NCBI GenBank assembly: GCA_963716725.1
Contig: CAVQUB010000002.1
Coordinates: 349,276 to 413,275, forward strand
DNA from: an uncultured delta proteobacterium
Lineage (GTDB): Bacteria > Myxococcota_A > Polyangia > Polyangiales > Polyangiaceae
Reading direction: 5' to 3'
DNA: 64,000 nucleotides
In this document: piece by piece, positions 38,571 to 48,019 of the stretch
How positions within the stretch are numbered: the first letter of the stretch is position 1
How the letters are laid out: each line of letters opens with the position of its first letter
Notes under the pieces: generated by a model
What the model saw: the letters and a program-made list of their open reading frames with translations, nothing else
What the model was told of the DNA's origin: nothing
Database searches by the model: none
Made by a program: the position numbers and the translations under genes

Positions 38571-38825
38571 GCTGCTCCAAGAACGCTCGCGAGCCGACGG
38601 GCCCGACTGCCCCACGTGGGCGGCTGGCTCTAGCGGGGTCTTCGCCCACCATCAAGGCAAAGCCGCAGCGACCGGACGATTGTGGCCGTTTTTCCCAGTC
38701 TGGCGACCGGTGGCCGCGGTCACGGCGCGCCCCTCGACTGGCACGGCGGGGCCGCCTCCGTGCGCGGGCGCCGCGACGCGAGCTTGCCCGGGAGCAGGTT
38801 CGGAGATACTCCGGAGCCCGCCCGG

Positions 38826-39680
38826 ATGGACGAGTACGAGCTGGAAGAGATCAAGCGCGAGATCGTGGAGATCCGCTCGCTCACCATCAAGACCAACAAC
38901 CTCGTCAACGCGCTGGCCGCCGATCTCAAGAGCATCGCCAAGCGTCAGCACGGCCTCGAGCGACGGATCTGGGTCAATAGCTCGACGGCCTACGTGGTCA
39001 CCGTCATCGTGCTCTTTCTGGGGTTGAAGCTGGCGTGGGACGCTCGCCTGGACGCCATCCGCGCCGAGACCAAGGGTTCACGGGAACGCATCGAGCAGCT
39101 CGAGAAGGAGCTCAAGGCGACCCAGTCGCGAGAAGAGACGACGCTCAGGGGTGGCCGGGCCGCGACCGAGTTCTACGACCTGATCGTCAACAACAAGCGG
39201 CGCGAGGTGGTCGAACGATTCGACGAAGTCTCCAAGCTGCCTTTGACGCACACCGAGCGCGCGGTCTTCGAGTCCGCAGTCGAAAGGGCGAAGAACGAAC
39301 TCTCACTCATCGCTTATCAGACCGGTCTGGACCACGTACGGACCGGGCGCTGGCACGAAGCGACGCAGGCGTTGAAGGAGTCTCTCGGCCACAAGCCCGA
39401 TGCCGCCCACAGCCCCCAGGCGAAGCTCCACCTGGCGCACGCGCTCCGCTCGCTCTCGCGGCAGCGCGAAGCCATCCCGATTCTGATGCAGATCTCCGAG
39501 GCCTCGGTGGACAAAGAGGTCATGGACGAGGCGACGCTGCTTCTCGCAAACTGCCAGATCGACATTCAAGCCTGGAACGACGCCAAGAACACGCTGCGCT
39601 CCTTCGTTCGCCGCTTCCCCACCAGCCCACACATCAACGATGCCAAGACGAAGCTCGCCGAGCTGATGCTGCATCACTGA
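38826..39680 (+). CDS. Membrane-anchored coiled-coil / TPR protein (YbgF/CpoB-like C-terminus)
   Basis: ATG 38826 (MDEYELEEIKREIVEIR...). One TM segment (STAYVVTVIVLFLGL), coiled coil, then TPR-like sequence (RTGRWHEATQALKESL..., QAWNDAKNTLRSFVRRFPTSPHINDAKTKLAEL). Confidence 0.6.
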   Translation: MDEYELEEIKREIVEIRSLTIKTNNLVNALAADLKSIAKRQHGLERRIWVNSSTAYVVTVIVLFLGLKLAWDARLDAIRAETKGSRERIEQLEKELKATQSREETTLRGGRAATEFYDLIVNNKRREVVERFDEVSKLPLTHTERAVFESAVERAKNELSLIAYQTGLDHVRTGRWHEATQALKESLGHKPDAAHSPQAKLHLAHALRSLSRQREAIPILMQISEASVDKEVMDEATLLLANCQIDIQAWNDAKNTLRSFVRRFPTSPHINDAKTKLAELMLHH

Positions 39681-39700
39681 GCGCCTCGCGGCAGGGCGCT

Positions 39701-40882
39701 TCAGGGATCCGCCGGGAGCGCCACCAGTCTCGGGCCGTTCCACCACTTGTCAGCGGCGTTGTTCGGGCGCGGGCCCACCAGCACCAGCGCGTAGTTTTGT
39801 CCGTCTTTGACGCCGCTGAGTCCGCCCAGCGCCAGGGCATCTTTCCAGGTGCTGGTGTAAACCGGGACCGATGAGCCCTGGCTGCCCAGCTCCAGGAGCG
39901 ACGCGCCGATGGGGCTGCCGAAGGCGGTGGCCGAGTAGTCGAGCAAGGGCGGCCGCGGCGAGATGGCGCCGAATGCCACGTCGTAGACCACCTGGATCTT
40001 GGGAATGGAGCTGCCCTGAGGGTAGCTCGACGCGAGGTCGATGGGATCGGCCGCGCGAGCGGCGTTGACGACCTGCAGCCCCATGGCGCCGGGCTTGACC
40101 ACGCGCGAGAGCGGGACGAGCACCGGCGAGAGCGTCGGGGTCGAAGTCGTGTAGCCTGGACCGCAGGCCCAGGTCTCGAGCGGATCGGCGAAGGCCGCGC
40201 CGCCGATGCAGCCCGCCGCCGCCAAGAGCAGGCTGTAGCCGGTGGACAGCGTGCCCGCCGGCAAGACCGGAAGCTCCGCGGCGCGCAGCTTTGGTGGCGG
40301 GGGTAGCGGCGGCGAAGCATCATCGCTCGCGTCGCCGTCCACCGCCGAGTCGAGGACCGAAGCGTCGGCGTCAGCCGCGGCGCCGGCGTCGCTCGCCGCG
40401 TCGGAGTCGGGCAGCGCGAAGCTCGCGGCCAGCGCCACCGCCTCGACGCAGCTCTTGCCAGCGAGCAGCGAAAAGTCGCCGGCCACGATGATGGGCAGCA
40501 GATCGTCCTTGTCCCAGTCGACGCCATCGAGCTTCGTCGCCACCAGCGAAGCGCCGAAGTCGAGACCACCCGCAGGCAGCGGGCCGCCCACCGGCGCGGT
40601 CGGGAGCCCGTCGACCACCTTGGCGAAACAGAAGGCGATGCGCGGCGAGTCGACGACGGCGTGCAGCAGCGTCAGCTTGCTCACCCCCGTCGGCTCGACG
40701 AACACGTCGGGCTCGACGTCGGCTGCGGCGTCGGGCTCGGCGTCCGCCCCCGCATCGGTCCCCGCTGCCCCACCCGTCGCGGGTGGGTCCTTCTTCTTCA
40801 GCGAATCGTGGTCGCTGCCGCAGGAAAGGGCCAAGGCCCCGAGCAGCGCCCAGCAGGCAGTGATCCGAAGGAGTTCGCGCAT
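39701..40882 (-). CDS. Hypothetical lipoprotein (possibly DUF4397-like)
   Basis: ATG 40882 gives MRELLRITACWALLGALALSCGS (lipobox). Asp/Ala-rich linkers. LTLLHAVVDSPRIAFCF weakly resembles DUF4397 repeats. Confidence 0.5.
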   Translation of the reverse strand: MRELLRITACWALLGALALSCGSDHDSLKKKDPPATGGAAGTDAGADAEPDAAADVEPDVFVEPTGVSKLTLLHAVVDSPRIAFCFAKVVDGLPTAPVGGPLPAGGLDFGASLVATKLDGVDWDKDDLLPIIVAGDFSLLAGKSCVEAVALAASFALPDSDAASDAGAAADADASVLDSAVDGDASDDASPPLPPPPKLRAAELPVLPAGTLSTGYSLLLAAAGCIGGAAFADPLETWACGPGYTTSTPTLSPVLVPLSRVVKPGAMGLQVVNAARAADPIDLASSYPQGSSIPKIQVVYDVAFGAISPRPPLLDYSATAFGSPIGASLLELGSQGSSVPVYTSTWKDALALGGLSGVKDGQNYALVLVGPRPNNAADKWWNGPRLVALPADP

Positions 40883-40914
40883 CGGCCCCTCAGGATAGCG
40901 CGAAAGGTCGGCGA

Positions 40915-42465
40915 TCAGGCGGCGCCGACAATCTTGGCGATCAGCGGGCCGTTGCCCTGCACGGCGGTCCGCTGCTGGTAGAGCCGCATGCCGCGCAGTC
41001 CGCCCAGCTCCTCGCCGCCACCCGCGCGTCCGGGTCCGCCGTGCACCAAGTCCGGAAGCACGGTGCCCGGCGGCACGCTCTTGTCGGCGACCTTCGCGTC
41101 CACCACCACCAGGCGGCCGTGCCATGCAGCGAGCCCCTGCACCAGGTCGGCGAGGGCCTTGCGATCGTCACCGTATACGGACGCCACCAATCCCCCTTGT
41201 CCCGCCCGCACGATCTCGAGCGCCTGGGCGGTCGAGCCGTCGTAGGGCAGCAGCGTGGCCACGGGACCGAAGACCTCGTGCTCGTGGACCGAGCTCGCCG
41301 CGAGCGCGTCGTCGGCCTCGAGCAGGAGCAGCGGCACGAAGTAGCCCTTGCCAGCGGGGACTCCGATGGGATTGAGAGCGGCTGCATCTCCGAACACGAC
41401 TCGGGTCTGGGCGCCGAGCTTGTCGATGCCCGCGAGCACGTCGCGCTTCTGTGACGCGGTCGCGACCGGACCCATGCGCACTTCGTCGAGGGCGGGGTTG
41501 CCGATCTTGATCGTCGACAGCTGCTCCGAGAGCGCCTCGCGCACGCGGCCCAGCGAGCCCTCTGGCACGATGACGCGGCGGATGGCCGTGCACTTCTGCC
41601 CGGTCTTCTGGGTCATGTCGCGCGCCACGTCGCGAATGAAGGCCTGCACCGTCGCGTCTTCCGCGTCCGGCAAGAGCAGCGCCGAGTTGAGACTGTCCGC
41701 CTCGACGTTCACCCGCACCCCTTGGCTCAGCAAGCGCTCGTTCTTGCGGATGGTGAGGCCGGTGGAGCTGCCGCCGGTGAATGCCACGACATCGCTCCAG
41801 CTCAGGTGCCCGAGCAAGTCACCGACAGAGCCGGACAAGAAGCTGAACGCGCCGGGCGGCATCGCGCCGGTGGCGACGCAAATCTCGGCCGTGCGGTGGG
41901 CGAGCAACGCGGTGGCCGTCGCCGGCTTGGTGAACACCGGCATGCCGGCCAGGAGCGCGCAGGCGGCCTTCTCTGCCCAGCCCCAAGCCGGGAAGTTGAA
42001 GGCCCCGATGTGAACCGCCACGCCCTGCTTGGGAGAAATCAGGTGGTGCCCCTGGAGCCGCGACCCCGCGATGTCGACGGGCTCTCCGTCCGTGAGCAGG
42101 TGTCGATCGCCGAGCTGCTTGCCCAGCGCTGCGTAGGACATCAGCGTCGCCGTCGCGCCGTCGATATCGAATTTCGCGTCGGAGCGGGTATTGCCGCCGT
42201 TGGCGATGCCGATCTCGATCAACGCGTCCCGTTCCGCGTGCAGCGCGCGGCTCAGCTTCTCGAGCAGCTCGCCCCGCTCGCGGAACGAGAGTCCGCGCAG
42301 CGCGGGTCCGCCCACGTCGCGGGCGTGCCCCAAGGCTCGTCCCAGATCCAAGCCCGCGCTCGACACGCCCGCCAGCAGCTCTTCGGTCGCCGGATTCACC
42401 AGCTCCGCGAGCTTGCCGTCGCCCGAAACCCAGGCGTCACCCAGGTAGCTGGGCAGAGATCTCAA
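40915..42465 (-). CDS. 3,4-dehydroadipyl-CoA semialdehyde dehydrogenase-like aldehyde dehydrogenase (PaaZ N-domain / BoxD type)
   Basis: 516 aa. LPSYLGDAWVSG, GNTRSDAKFDIDGA, HIGAFNFPAWGWAEKAACALLAGMPVFTKPATATA, FTGGSSTG, QKCTAIRR. TTG start with GGGGAAGG SD. TTGA overlap with the FKBP stop. Confidence 0.8.
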   Translation of the reverse strand: MRSLPSYLGDAWVSGDGKLAELVNPATEELLAGVSSAGLDLGRALGHARDVGGPALRGLSFRERGELLEKLSRALHAERDALIEIGIANGGNTRSDAKFDIDGATATLMSYAALGKQLGDRHLLTDGEPVDIAGSRLQGHHLISPKQGVAVHIGAFNFPAWGWAEKAACALLAGMPVFTKPATATALLAHRTAEICVATGAMPPGAFSFLSGSVGDLLGHLSWSDVVAFTGGSSTGLTIRKNERLLSQGVRVNVEADSLNSALLLPDAEDATVQAFIRDVARDMTQKTGQKCTAIRRVIVPEGSLGRVREALSEQLSTIKIGNPALDEVRMGPVATASQKRDVLAGIDKLGAQTRVVFGDAAALNPIGVPAGKGYFVPLLLLEADDALAASSVHEHEVFGPVATLLPYDGSTAQALEIVRAGQGGLVASVYGDDRKALADLVQGLAAWHGRLVVVDAKVADKSVPPGTVLPDLVHGGPGRAGGGEELGGLRGMRLYQQRTAVQGNGPLIAKIVGAA

Positions 42466-43414
42466 GGCGCCTTCCCCGCGATGCTGATCAGCTCGACGTC
42501 GAACACCAACGGACCGGCGGGCGCGCCGGGACGCATGGGTTTTTCGCCGTAGGCGAGCTCGGCGGGGATCCAGAAGCGCATGCGGTCACCCTCGACCATC
42601 AGCTGCACACCTTCGGTCCAGCCCTTGATCACGCCGCCCAGTGGGAAGGTCGTGGGCTCGCCCCGCTTGACCGAGCTGTCGAACTCCTTCCCGTCGGGGG
42701 TCCAGCCCGTGTAGTGAACGGTCACGCGGTCGGTGGCCGCGGGCTTCTGCTTGCCCTTGCCCTTCGCGACCGACTTGTAGACTAGCCCGCTCGCGGTCTT
42801 CTTCGCGTCCTTCGGCGCCGCCTTCACGTCGGCAGGAACCGGCCAAGGTTTCGGCGCAGCCATGATCTCGAGCAGCTCGACGTCGAAGGTGAGCTGGCCC
42901 GCGGGGATTCCATTGCCGCCTTCTCGCCGTAGGCGAGGTCGGCGGGGATCCACAGACGGCGCTTCTCACCCGCGACCATCAACTGCAGCGCCTCGGTCCA
43001 GCCCTTGATCACGCCGCCGACGCCGAAGGTCGCCGGTTCGTTCCGTGCCACCGAGCTGTCGAACATCTTTCCGTCTTTGGTCCAGCCCGTGTAGTGCACC
43101 TTCACGCGGTCTTCGAGCTTGGGTTTGTCTTTGCCCGTGCCCTTCGTGAGCAGCTTGGTGACCAGCCCCGACGTGGTCTTCTTCGCGTCCTTCGGCGGCT
43201 CGGCAACGTCCTCGGGAGCAGGCACGCCCTTCGGCGCGGGGGGCAACACCGGTTTGGCGACCGTCGCGGGCGGTGCAGCGCTCACCGCAGCGGTCGGGTG
43301 CGCCGCGGCCGTCGCTGCGGGGGTGGTGGCCTCGGGCTCGGGCGGCGGCTGCTCGCAGGCGAGAACCAAGAGAGGCACGAGCAGGGCGGAGGAGACGAGG
43401 GGCTTTCGCGACAT
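42462..43414 (-). pseudogene. Lipoprotein with two tandem FKBP-type peptidyl-prolyl isomerase domains, frame-disrupted as assembled
   Basis: The upstream frame gives MSRKPLVSSALLVPLLVLACEQ..., VKVHYTGWTKDGKMFDSS...GVIKGWTEALQLMVAGEKRRLWIPADLAYGEK. The downstream frame gives GNGIPAGQLTFDVELLEI plus a second domain VTVHYTGWTPDGKEFDSS...VFDVELISI. The total length is 2 mod 3 (953 nt), so one base is missing (or two are extra) near 42918. Confidence 0.8.
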
Positions 43415-43494
43415 GGGACGCCGTTTTCCCCACGCCGGACCCGAGGCGCAAGGGCCTTGCGGCCCCCCCGGACAAACGCCCGGGTTTTTTTGGT

Positions 43495-43839
43495 TCAGCC
43501 GCAGCACTCGGGCGGACGGCTGCGGTCGCAGTGCTGGGAGAGCTTGACGCGCCATACCCGCTCGAAGCAGCGGTTCGTCTTGGTCTCGACCTGCAGGCCG
43601 CAGCCCTCGCTGGCGGAGAAGTCGTAGCTGTTTGCGCAAGCTCGGGCGGGCTCGTCGGGAACGGCCTCCGTGGCCGAACAGTACCGAGGCTCGCCGCACG
43701 CGCGACACGAACACAGACGAGAGTGCGAGATGCTCGAGCCCGGCTCGGGGGGCGGACGCGGACGGCCGGTCGCGGTGCTGCGGGGCAGATCGACGCACGA
43801 CGGCAAGAGCGCGAGGCAGACCCAAAAGAAAGACCGCAT
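43495..43839 (-). CDS. Small secreted Cys-rich protein (114 aa, 12 Cys)
   Basis: ATG 43839 gives MRSFFWVCLALLPSC (signal/lipobox). High GC3. Cysteines are spread throughout and the protein ends ...PPECCG. Confidence 0.45.
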   Translation of the reverse strand: MRSFFWVCLALLPSCVDLPRSTATGRPRPPPEPGSSISHSRLCSCRACGEPRYCSATEAVPDEPARACANSYDFSASEGCGLQVETKTNRCFERVWRVKLSQHCDRSRPPECCG

Positions 43840-43879
43840 GTTCCGCTGCGACACCCGACAGGCGCCTAGTCTTGGGCAC

Positions 43880-44812
43880 TCACGCCGCAAAACCGACGCG
43901 CACTACGGCGAGGGGGCGCTCGATTTCCGACAGGTCGCCATAGTCTTGGACGCCGCCATCCGGCACGAACGCGGCTACCACCCCGATCTCGCCACCAGCC
44001 TCGAAGGCTTGCATCACGATCCGAACGACGTCACCGGCGAAGCTCGGCTTACGGTACGAGACCTCGGCGCGACGCGCGAGCCGGCGTGCGTCGCGTCCGA
44101 GCTGCACGAATCGTCGGAGCGCGGCCTCCTCGGCGAGGCGCGGGTACGCCAAGAAGTTCACATGTTGATTGCCGTCCGTGTGGCAGAGGCCGAACACGGT
44201 GGGCGCTGCGTCGACGCGCGGAGCCGGGTCGACGGGAGTAGCTCCGGCGGGGATCGCCAGCAGCGCGCGGGGATCGCGGTATTCGATCGTCACCACGGGC
44301 AGCTCCGCGAGCAGCGGATCGTCGATTTGCGTCACGCGGTGCTGACCGGCCGGCGCGGCGGGGCGCGTGAAGACGTGCTGGCCGTAGGCCCGGGCGACCC
44401 GCACCCGCTCGGCACCCGCCGGATCCAGCGCCGGATTTCCCGGCACTCCCCGGGGGGCGCTCGAAACCAGCCAGGTGTCGAAGAGCACGCGGCTCGTCCG
44501 CCCGAACTCGTCGACGCTTCGGCCCAGCCGCCAGCGAACCTCCTGCTCGCAGAACGCGCGCACGCTCACCGGATCCTCGCCGCCCTCGAGCTGCACGTAA
44601 GTGAGCACGGCGCGCACGCCGTCGGCACCCAAACGCAAGAGCGCATCGGCGACAGCCATCTTGCCCCACAAGATCGGACCGATGGCGGGCCAGATGCCTT
44701 CCAGGCGCAGTCGTCCATCTTGCGCAACGTCCTCGAAACGCAGTCGCGTCTGGCCGTGCCCGATTTGTATTCCGCCGACGTCCGGCGGCTCCGGAAAGGT
44801 GATCCAGCTCAT
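43880..44812 (-). CDS. Hot-dog-fold thioesterase-like protein (double domain)
   Basis: ATG 44812 (MSWITFPEPP...). CHTDGNQHVNFLAYPRLAEEAA resembles the (D)xNxHVNNxxY motif of the acyl-ACP/4HBT thioesterase superfamily. Confidence 0.5.
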   Translation of the reverse strand: MSWITFPEPPDVGGIQIGHGQTRLRFEDVAQDGRLRLEGIWPAIGPILWGKMAVADALLRLGADGVRAVLTYVQLEGGEDPVSVRAFCEQEVRWRLGRSVDEFGRTSRVLFDTWLVSSAPRGVPGNPALDPAGAERVRVARAYGQHVFTRPAAPAGQHRVTQIDDPLLAELPVVTIEYRDPRALLAIPAGATPVDPAPRVDAAPTVFGLCHTDGNQHVNFLAYPRLAEEAALRRFVQLGRDARRLARRAEVSYRKPSFAGDVVRIVMQAFEAGGEIGVVAAFVPDGGVQDYGDLSEIERPLAVVRVGFAA

Positions 44813-44814
44813 AT

Positions 44815-45630
44815 TCACTTCTGACAAGGGTGTCCGTGGTTGAGCGGGCCGTGCCCGGTCCCGAGCCCGGGCGCAGTCCGAATCGCCTCGAGCACGTAGT
44901 CCCGTGCTCGAACGACCGCGTCCTCGAGCCGAAGCCCTTCAGCCACCCCGGCAGCGATGGCCGACGCCAAGGTGCAGCCCGTGCCGTGGGTGCTCCGGGA
45001 CAGGATCCGCGGGCTCTCGAAGCGCCGCTCGAGTCCGTCCCCAGTGCGCAAGAGATCGACGACCGTGTCGCCAGGCAAATGCCCGCCCTTGATCAGCACG
45101 GCACTGGCTCCCAGCGCGAGCAACACGTCGGCAGCGCGCCCCATGTCGTCGGGATTTGCGATGGTCACACCCGTCAGCGCCTCGGCTTCGGGCAAGTTCG
45201 GCGTGACGAGTGCGGCCCGGGGCACGAGTCGGAGCTCGAGCGCGCTCTTGGCCTCGGGCGCAAGCAAGGCGGCGCCGCCCTTGGCGACCATCACGGGATC
45301 GACGACGACCGGAATGCCTCGGGCGTGGCGCTCGAGCGTGCGCACCACGAACTCGATGGCCGCTGCGCTGCCGAGCATGCCGGTCTTCACACAGTCCGCG
45401 CCGATGTCGGTGAGCACCACCTCCATCTGCTTGGCGATGAAGGCCGGATCCACGGGAACGACGCCGAACACGCCCTTGGTGTTCTGGGCGGTGAGCGCCG
45501 TGATGGCCGTGGCTGCGTAGCCGCCGAGCGCGGTCACGGTCTTGACGTCGGCTTGGATGCCCGCACCACCGCCGGAGTCCGAACCGGCGACGATCAGCAC
45601 CCGGCCCATGGCTGGACGTTCTTCGGGCAT
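44815..45630 (-). CDS. thiD: Bifunctional hydroxymethylpyrimidine / phosphomethylpyrimidine kinase
   Basis: VLIVAGSDSGGGAGIQADVKT, TALTAQNT, VKTGML, VVDPVMVAKGG, TPNLPEAE, IKGGH, THGTGCTLASAIAA. Confidence 0.9.
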   Translation of the reverse strand: MPEERPAMGRVLIVAGSDSGGGAGIQADVKTVTALGGYAATAITALTAQNTKGVFGVVPVDPAFIAKQMEVVLTDIGADCVKTGMLGSAAAIEFVVRTLERHARGIPVVVDPVMVAKGGAALLAPEAKSALELRLVPRAALVTPNLPEAEALTGVTIANPDDMGRAADVLLALGASAVLIKGGHLPGDTVVDLLRTGDGLERRFESPRILSRSTHGTGCTLASAIAAGVAEGLRLEDAVVRARDYVLEAIRTAPGLGTGHGPLNHGHPCQK

Positions 45631-45735
45631 GGCTTTCAGACCTTGACTACGCCTGGGTTGCCGTCGTCACCGCAGGCAGGGATCGTGACCAGACACAAAG
45701 TCGAGTTCGGCCAGCGCATCCGTGGCTCCATAGCA

Positions 45736-47361
45736 TCACTGTTGCGCGAGCAGGTGTCTGAGCAGGCCATTGGCATCGAGATCGGATCCCGTCGTACGCA
45801 CGAGCTTCTCCGTGAGCGTCCAGCGTGCACCATCCGAGAGGAACCGTTCTCGAAGATACGCGCCCGCCTCCGGTGAAATCCAGCCTTCGCCGAAGCGTGC
45901 CTTCAAAGCGTCGCGGACCTGCACCGCGACGCAGGCCGCGAGCTGGTAGCTCTGGGTGTAGACCGGGTAGGTAGCCAAGAAGGGCGACGTGGCCCAGACC
46001 GGCTCGGCGTCGCGCGGCACGAACAGGCCCGACACGCGGCGCTCGACGTCGAGGGAGAGAGCATCCAGGTTGGCGCCGTCCTGCTCCAAGGCCGCGCGCT
46101 CGAAGGCCGACGCAACCAGGCCGCGCCGGATCGAGAGCAGGGTCTCGAGTCGGCGCGCGCGCCGCACCGTCTCGATCTCCTGGGGCTCGAGGCCGAGGTG
46201 ATCCCGGAGCACGCTCGCTTCGTCCAGGAGTCGACCGAAGAACTCCGCCGACCCCTCGGCGAAGGCCGGGTCGAGCAGCCCCGGGACCCACTCGTAGCCT
46301 TTGAAGAGCGGCTCGGAGACCTCGGTGCTGCGCACTGCAACCGCGTGACCGAGCTCGTGGAGCAACAGCCCGTAGTAGCGAATTCCGGGCAGCGCGCGCA
46401 CCACGAGGCGTACGTCGTTGGGCACGGTGATCGCGATGGTCTGACCGCCGAAGGCGAAGTCACGCACCCTGAGATCGAGGTTCCAGCCCGCGACGTCGAA
46501 GCCGAACGCGCGGTAGATGCCCAAGGCGACCGGGTGCGCACGGTCGGCGGGGAATCGCTGGTGGGGGACCGACGCCTGCCGGTGCAGCACGTGGTCGACG
46601 TCCCAGCTGGCGACCCGAACTCGCCTGACCATTCGACCACCCGGACCGAGCGCCTCGAAGAGCGGGCGGCGTGTGCGTGCATCCAAGTCGGCGAGCACCC
46701 GGTGGGTCGTCGCTGGATTGGCGCCACGCACCTCGAGCATCGCCGCGTGAAACGACGGCTGACCGAGCTCCTTGGCCAGCTCGCGTCGGCGACGCAAGAG
46801 TTCCGTCGCCACGGGCGCGGCCAGGCGGTGCAGTTCGTGCTCGACGCTTCGCGTGCGCCGCCTCACCCGCGGATCGTCCGAGCGGCGCATCTCGCCGAGT
46901 TCACCCCGGCTGACGGCACGCCCATCGATCTCGAAGCGGTGCTCGTTGATCACCGCCTCGAGCTGATCCGAGAGTCTTGCGGCGCGCGCATCCCCGAGCA
47001 GACGCAAGCCGAGCGCTCCACGCCTCCAGAGCGCAGCAAGGCGCGGTGACACGACGCGGTCCCCGAAGCGCGTCAGGATCTGGTCGGCCTCGGTGAACAC
47101 CTCGCGCTCTGCCGCACGCAGTCGCTCCATCGCCAGCGCGGCGGCCGGGCCCTCGCTCAGCCGACCGGCGTAGCGCGACCATTCGTGCATGCCGTGCTCG
47201 GCCATCAAGCCTTCGTAGCGGAGCGACAGCGCCGAGAGCCGCTGTCGGGCCTCGCTGCGGTTGCGCGCGGGCCCGCCGGGTCGTGGAGCAACCCCAACCC
47301 GAGGCGCGCACCCCCCGGCCAGCGACGCGAGCATCGCGGCGAGCACTTCTCGGCGAAGCAT
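45736..47361 (-). CDS. Gluzincin metallopeptidase lipoprotein (M3/oligoendopeptidase-like)
   Basis: Lipobox LASLAGGC. HEXXH site LLLHELGHAV with a downstream AFAEGSAEFFG candidate third ligand. 541 aa. Confidence 0.55.
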   Translation of the reverse strand: MLRREVLAAMLASLAGGCAPRVGVAPRPGGPARNRSEARQRLSALSLRYEGLMAEHGMHEWSRYAGRLSEGPAAALAMERLRAAEREVFTEADQILTRFGDRVVSPRLAALWRRGALGLRLLGDARAARLSDQLEAVINEHRFEIDGRAVSRGELGEMRRSDDPRVRRRTRSVEHELHRLAAPVATELLRRRRELAKELGQPSFHAAMLEVRGANPATTHRVLADLDARTRRPLFEALGPGGRMVRRVRVASWDVDHVLHRQASVPHQRFPADRAHPVALGIYRAFGFDVAGWNLDLRVRDFAFGGQTIAITVPNDVRLVVRALPGIRYYGLLLHELGHAVAVRSTEVSEPLFKGYEWVPGLLDPAFAEGSAEFFGRLLDEASVLRDHLGLEPQEIETVRRARRLETLLSIRRGLVASAFERAALEQDGANLDALSLDVERRVSGLFVPRDAEPVWATSPFLATYPVYTQSYQLAACVAVQVRDALKARFGEGWISPEAGAYLRERFLSDGARWTLTEKLVRTTGSDLDANGLLRHLLAQQ

Positions 47362-47373
47362 CTGGTCCGCAGC

Positions 47374-48018
47374 TCAGGCGCCGAAGTGACGTGCCGCCAC
47401 GCCTTCGGGCACCAACACCGCGGCCAAGCTCTCACGGTAGGACCGAAGTGCCAGGTTTCGAGCCTCGACGGACACATGGGGACCGAAAGGACACGGCGCC
47501 GGAGTCTCGTCGTCGAAACAGCCCAGGGAGGCGGGCAGCCAACGATCGACCGCAGCAGAGAGCCGATGCACGAAGTCCGGTTCGCGCTTACCGAGGTCGC
47601 GTAGCGCGGCTTGGCTCGCGGCGATGTGCTCTTGCTCGTCCGCGATCACGCGCACGGCAACGGTCGCGACCCGCGCGTCCGGCGCAGCTGCGTAGGCCCG
47701 CAGTTGAAAGTACACGGCGCGGTCGAAGAGGATGCCGACCGTGACCATTTCGAGCCAGCTCCCCGGGCTGGGGAGCGCGGCCACGGCCGGACTGACGCGG
47801 TTCAAGAGCTCGCCGCCTCCGTGCAAGTCGAACTCGGTCGAGACGAGCTCGAAATGATCCAGCTCGTCGAGACAGTGGCGCGCGAGCATCTGCTTTTCGT
47901 CGAGGGTAGGCGCCAGCGCGACACCGCTCGAGAACAGCTGCGCGGCCGCGAGCTCGCGAAAACCCTGCCGCTCCAGGAGGGCGTTCAGACACCCGCAGGT
48001 CGGCTCGGCAGGGTTCAT
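47374..48018 (-). CDS. Ferritin-like di-iron domain protein (PaaA/PaaC-like)
   Basis: 214 aa, helical. ELAAAQLF..., HCLDELDHFELV, VIADEQEHIAAS (ExxH pairs). Confidence 0.5.
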   Translation of the reverse strand: MNPAEPTCGCLNALLERQGFRELAAAQLFSSGVALAPTLDEKQMLARHCLDELDHFELVSTEFDLHGGGELLNRVSPAVAALPSPGSWLEMVTVGILFDRAVYFQLRAYAAAPDARVATVAVRVIADEQEHIAASQAALRDLGKREPDFVHRLSAAVDRWLPASLGCFDDETPAPCPFGPHVSVEARNLALRSYRESLAAVLVPEGVAARHFGA

Positions 48019-48019
48019 G

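Noticed and set aside
38739-38753. TGGCACGGCGGGGCC upstream of the membrane TPR gene as a sigma-54 promoter
   Set aside because: The GC dinucleotide is one position too close to the GG (G13C14 instead of G14C15). The spacing is wrong for RpoN.
45631-45735. TPP riboswitch upstream of thiD
   Set aside because: The conserved CUGAGA and ACCUGA…CCAGCG elements are not present in the leader on the coding strand.
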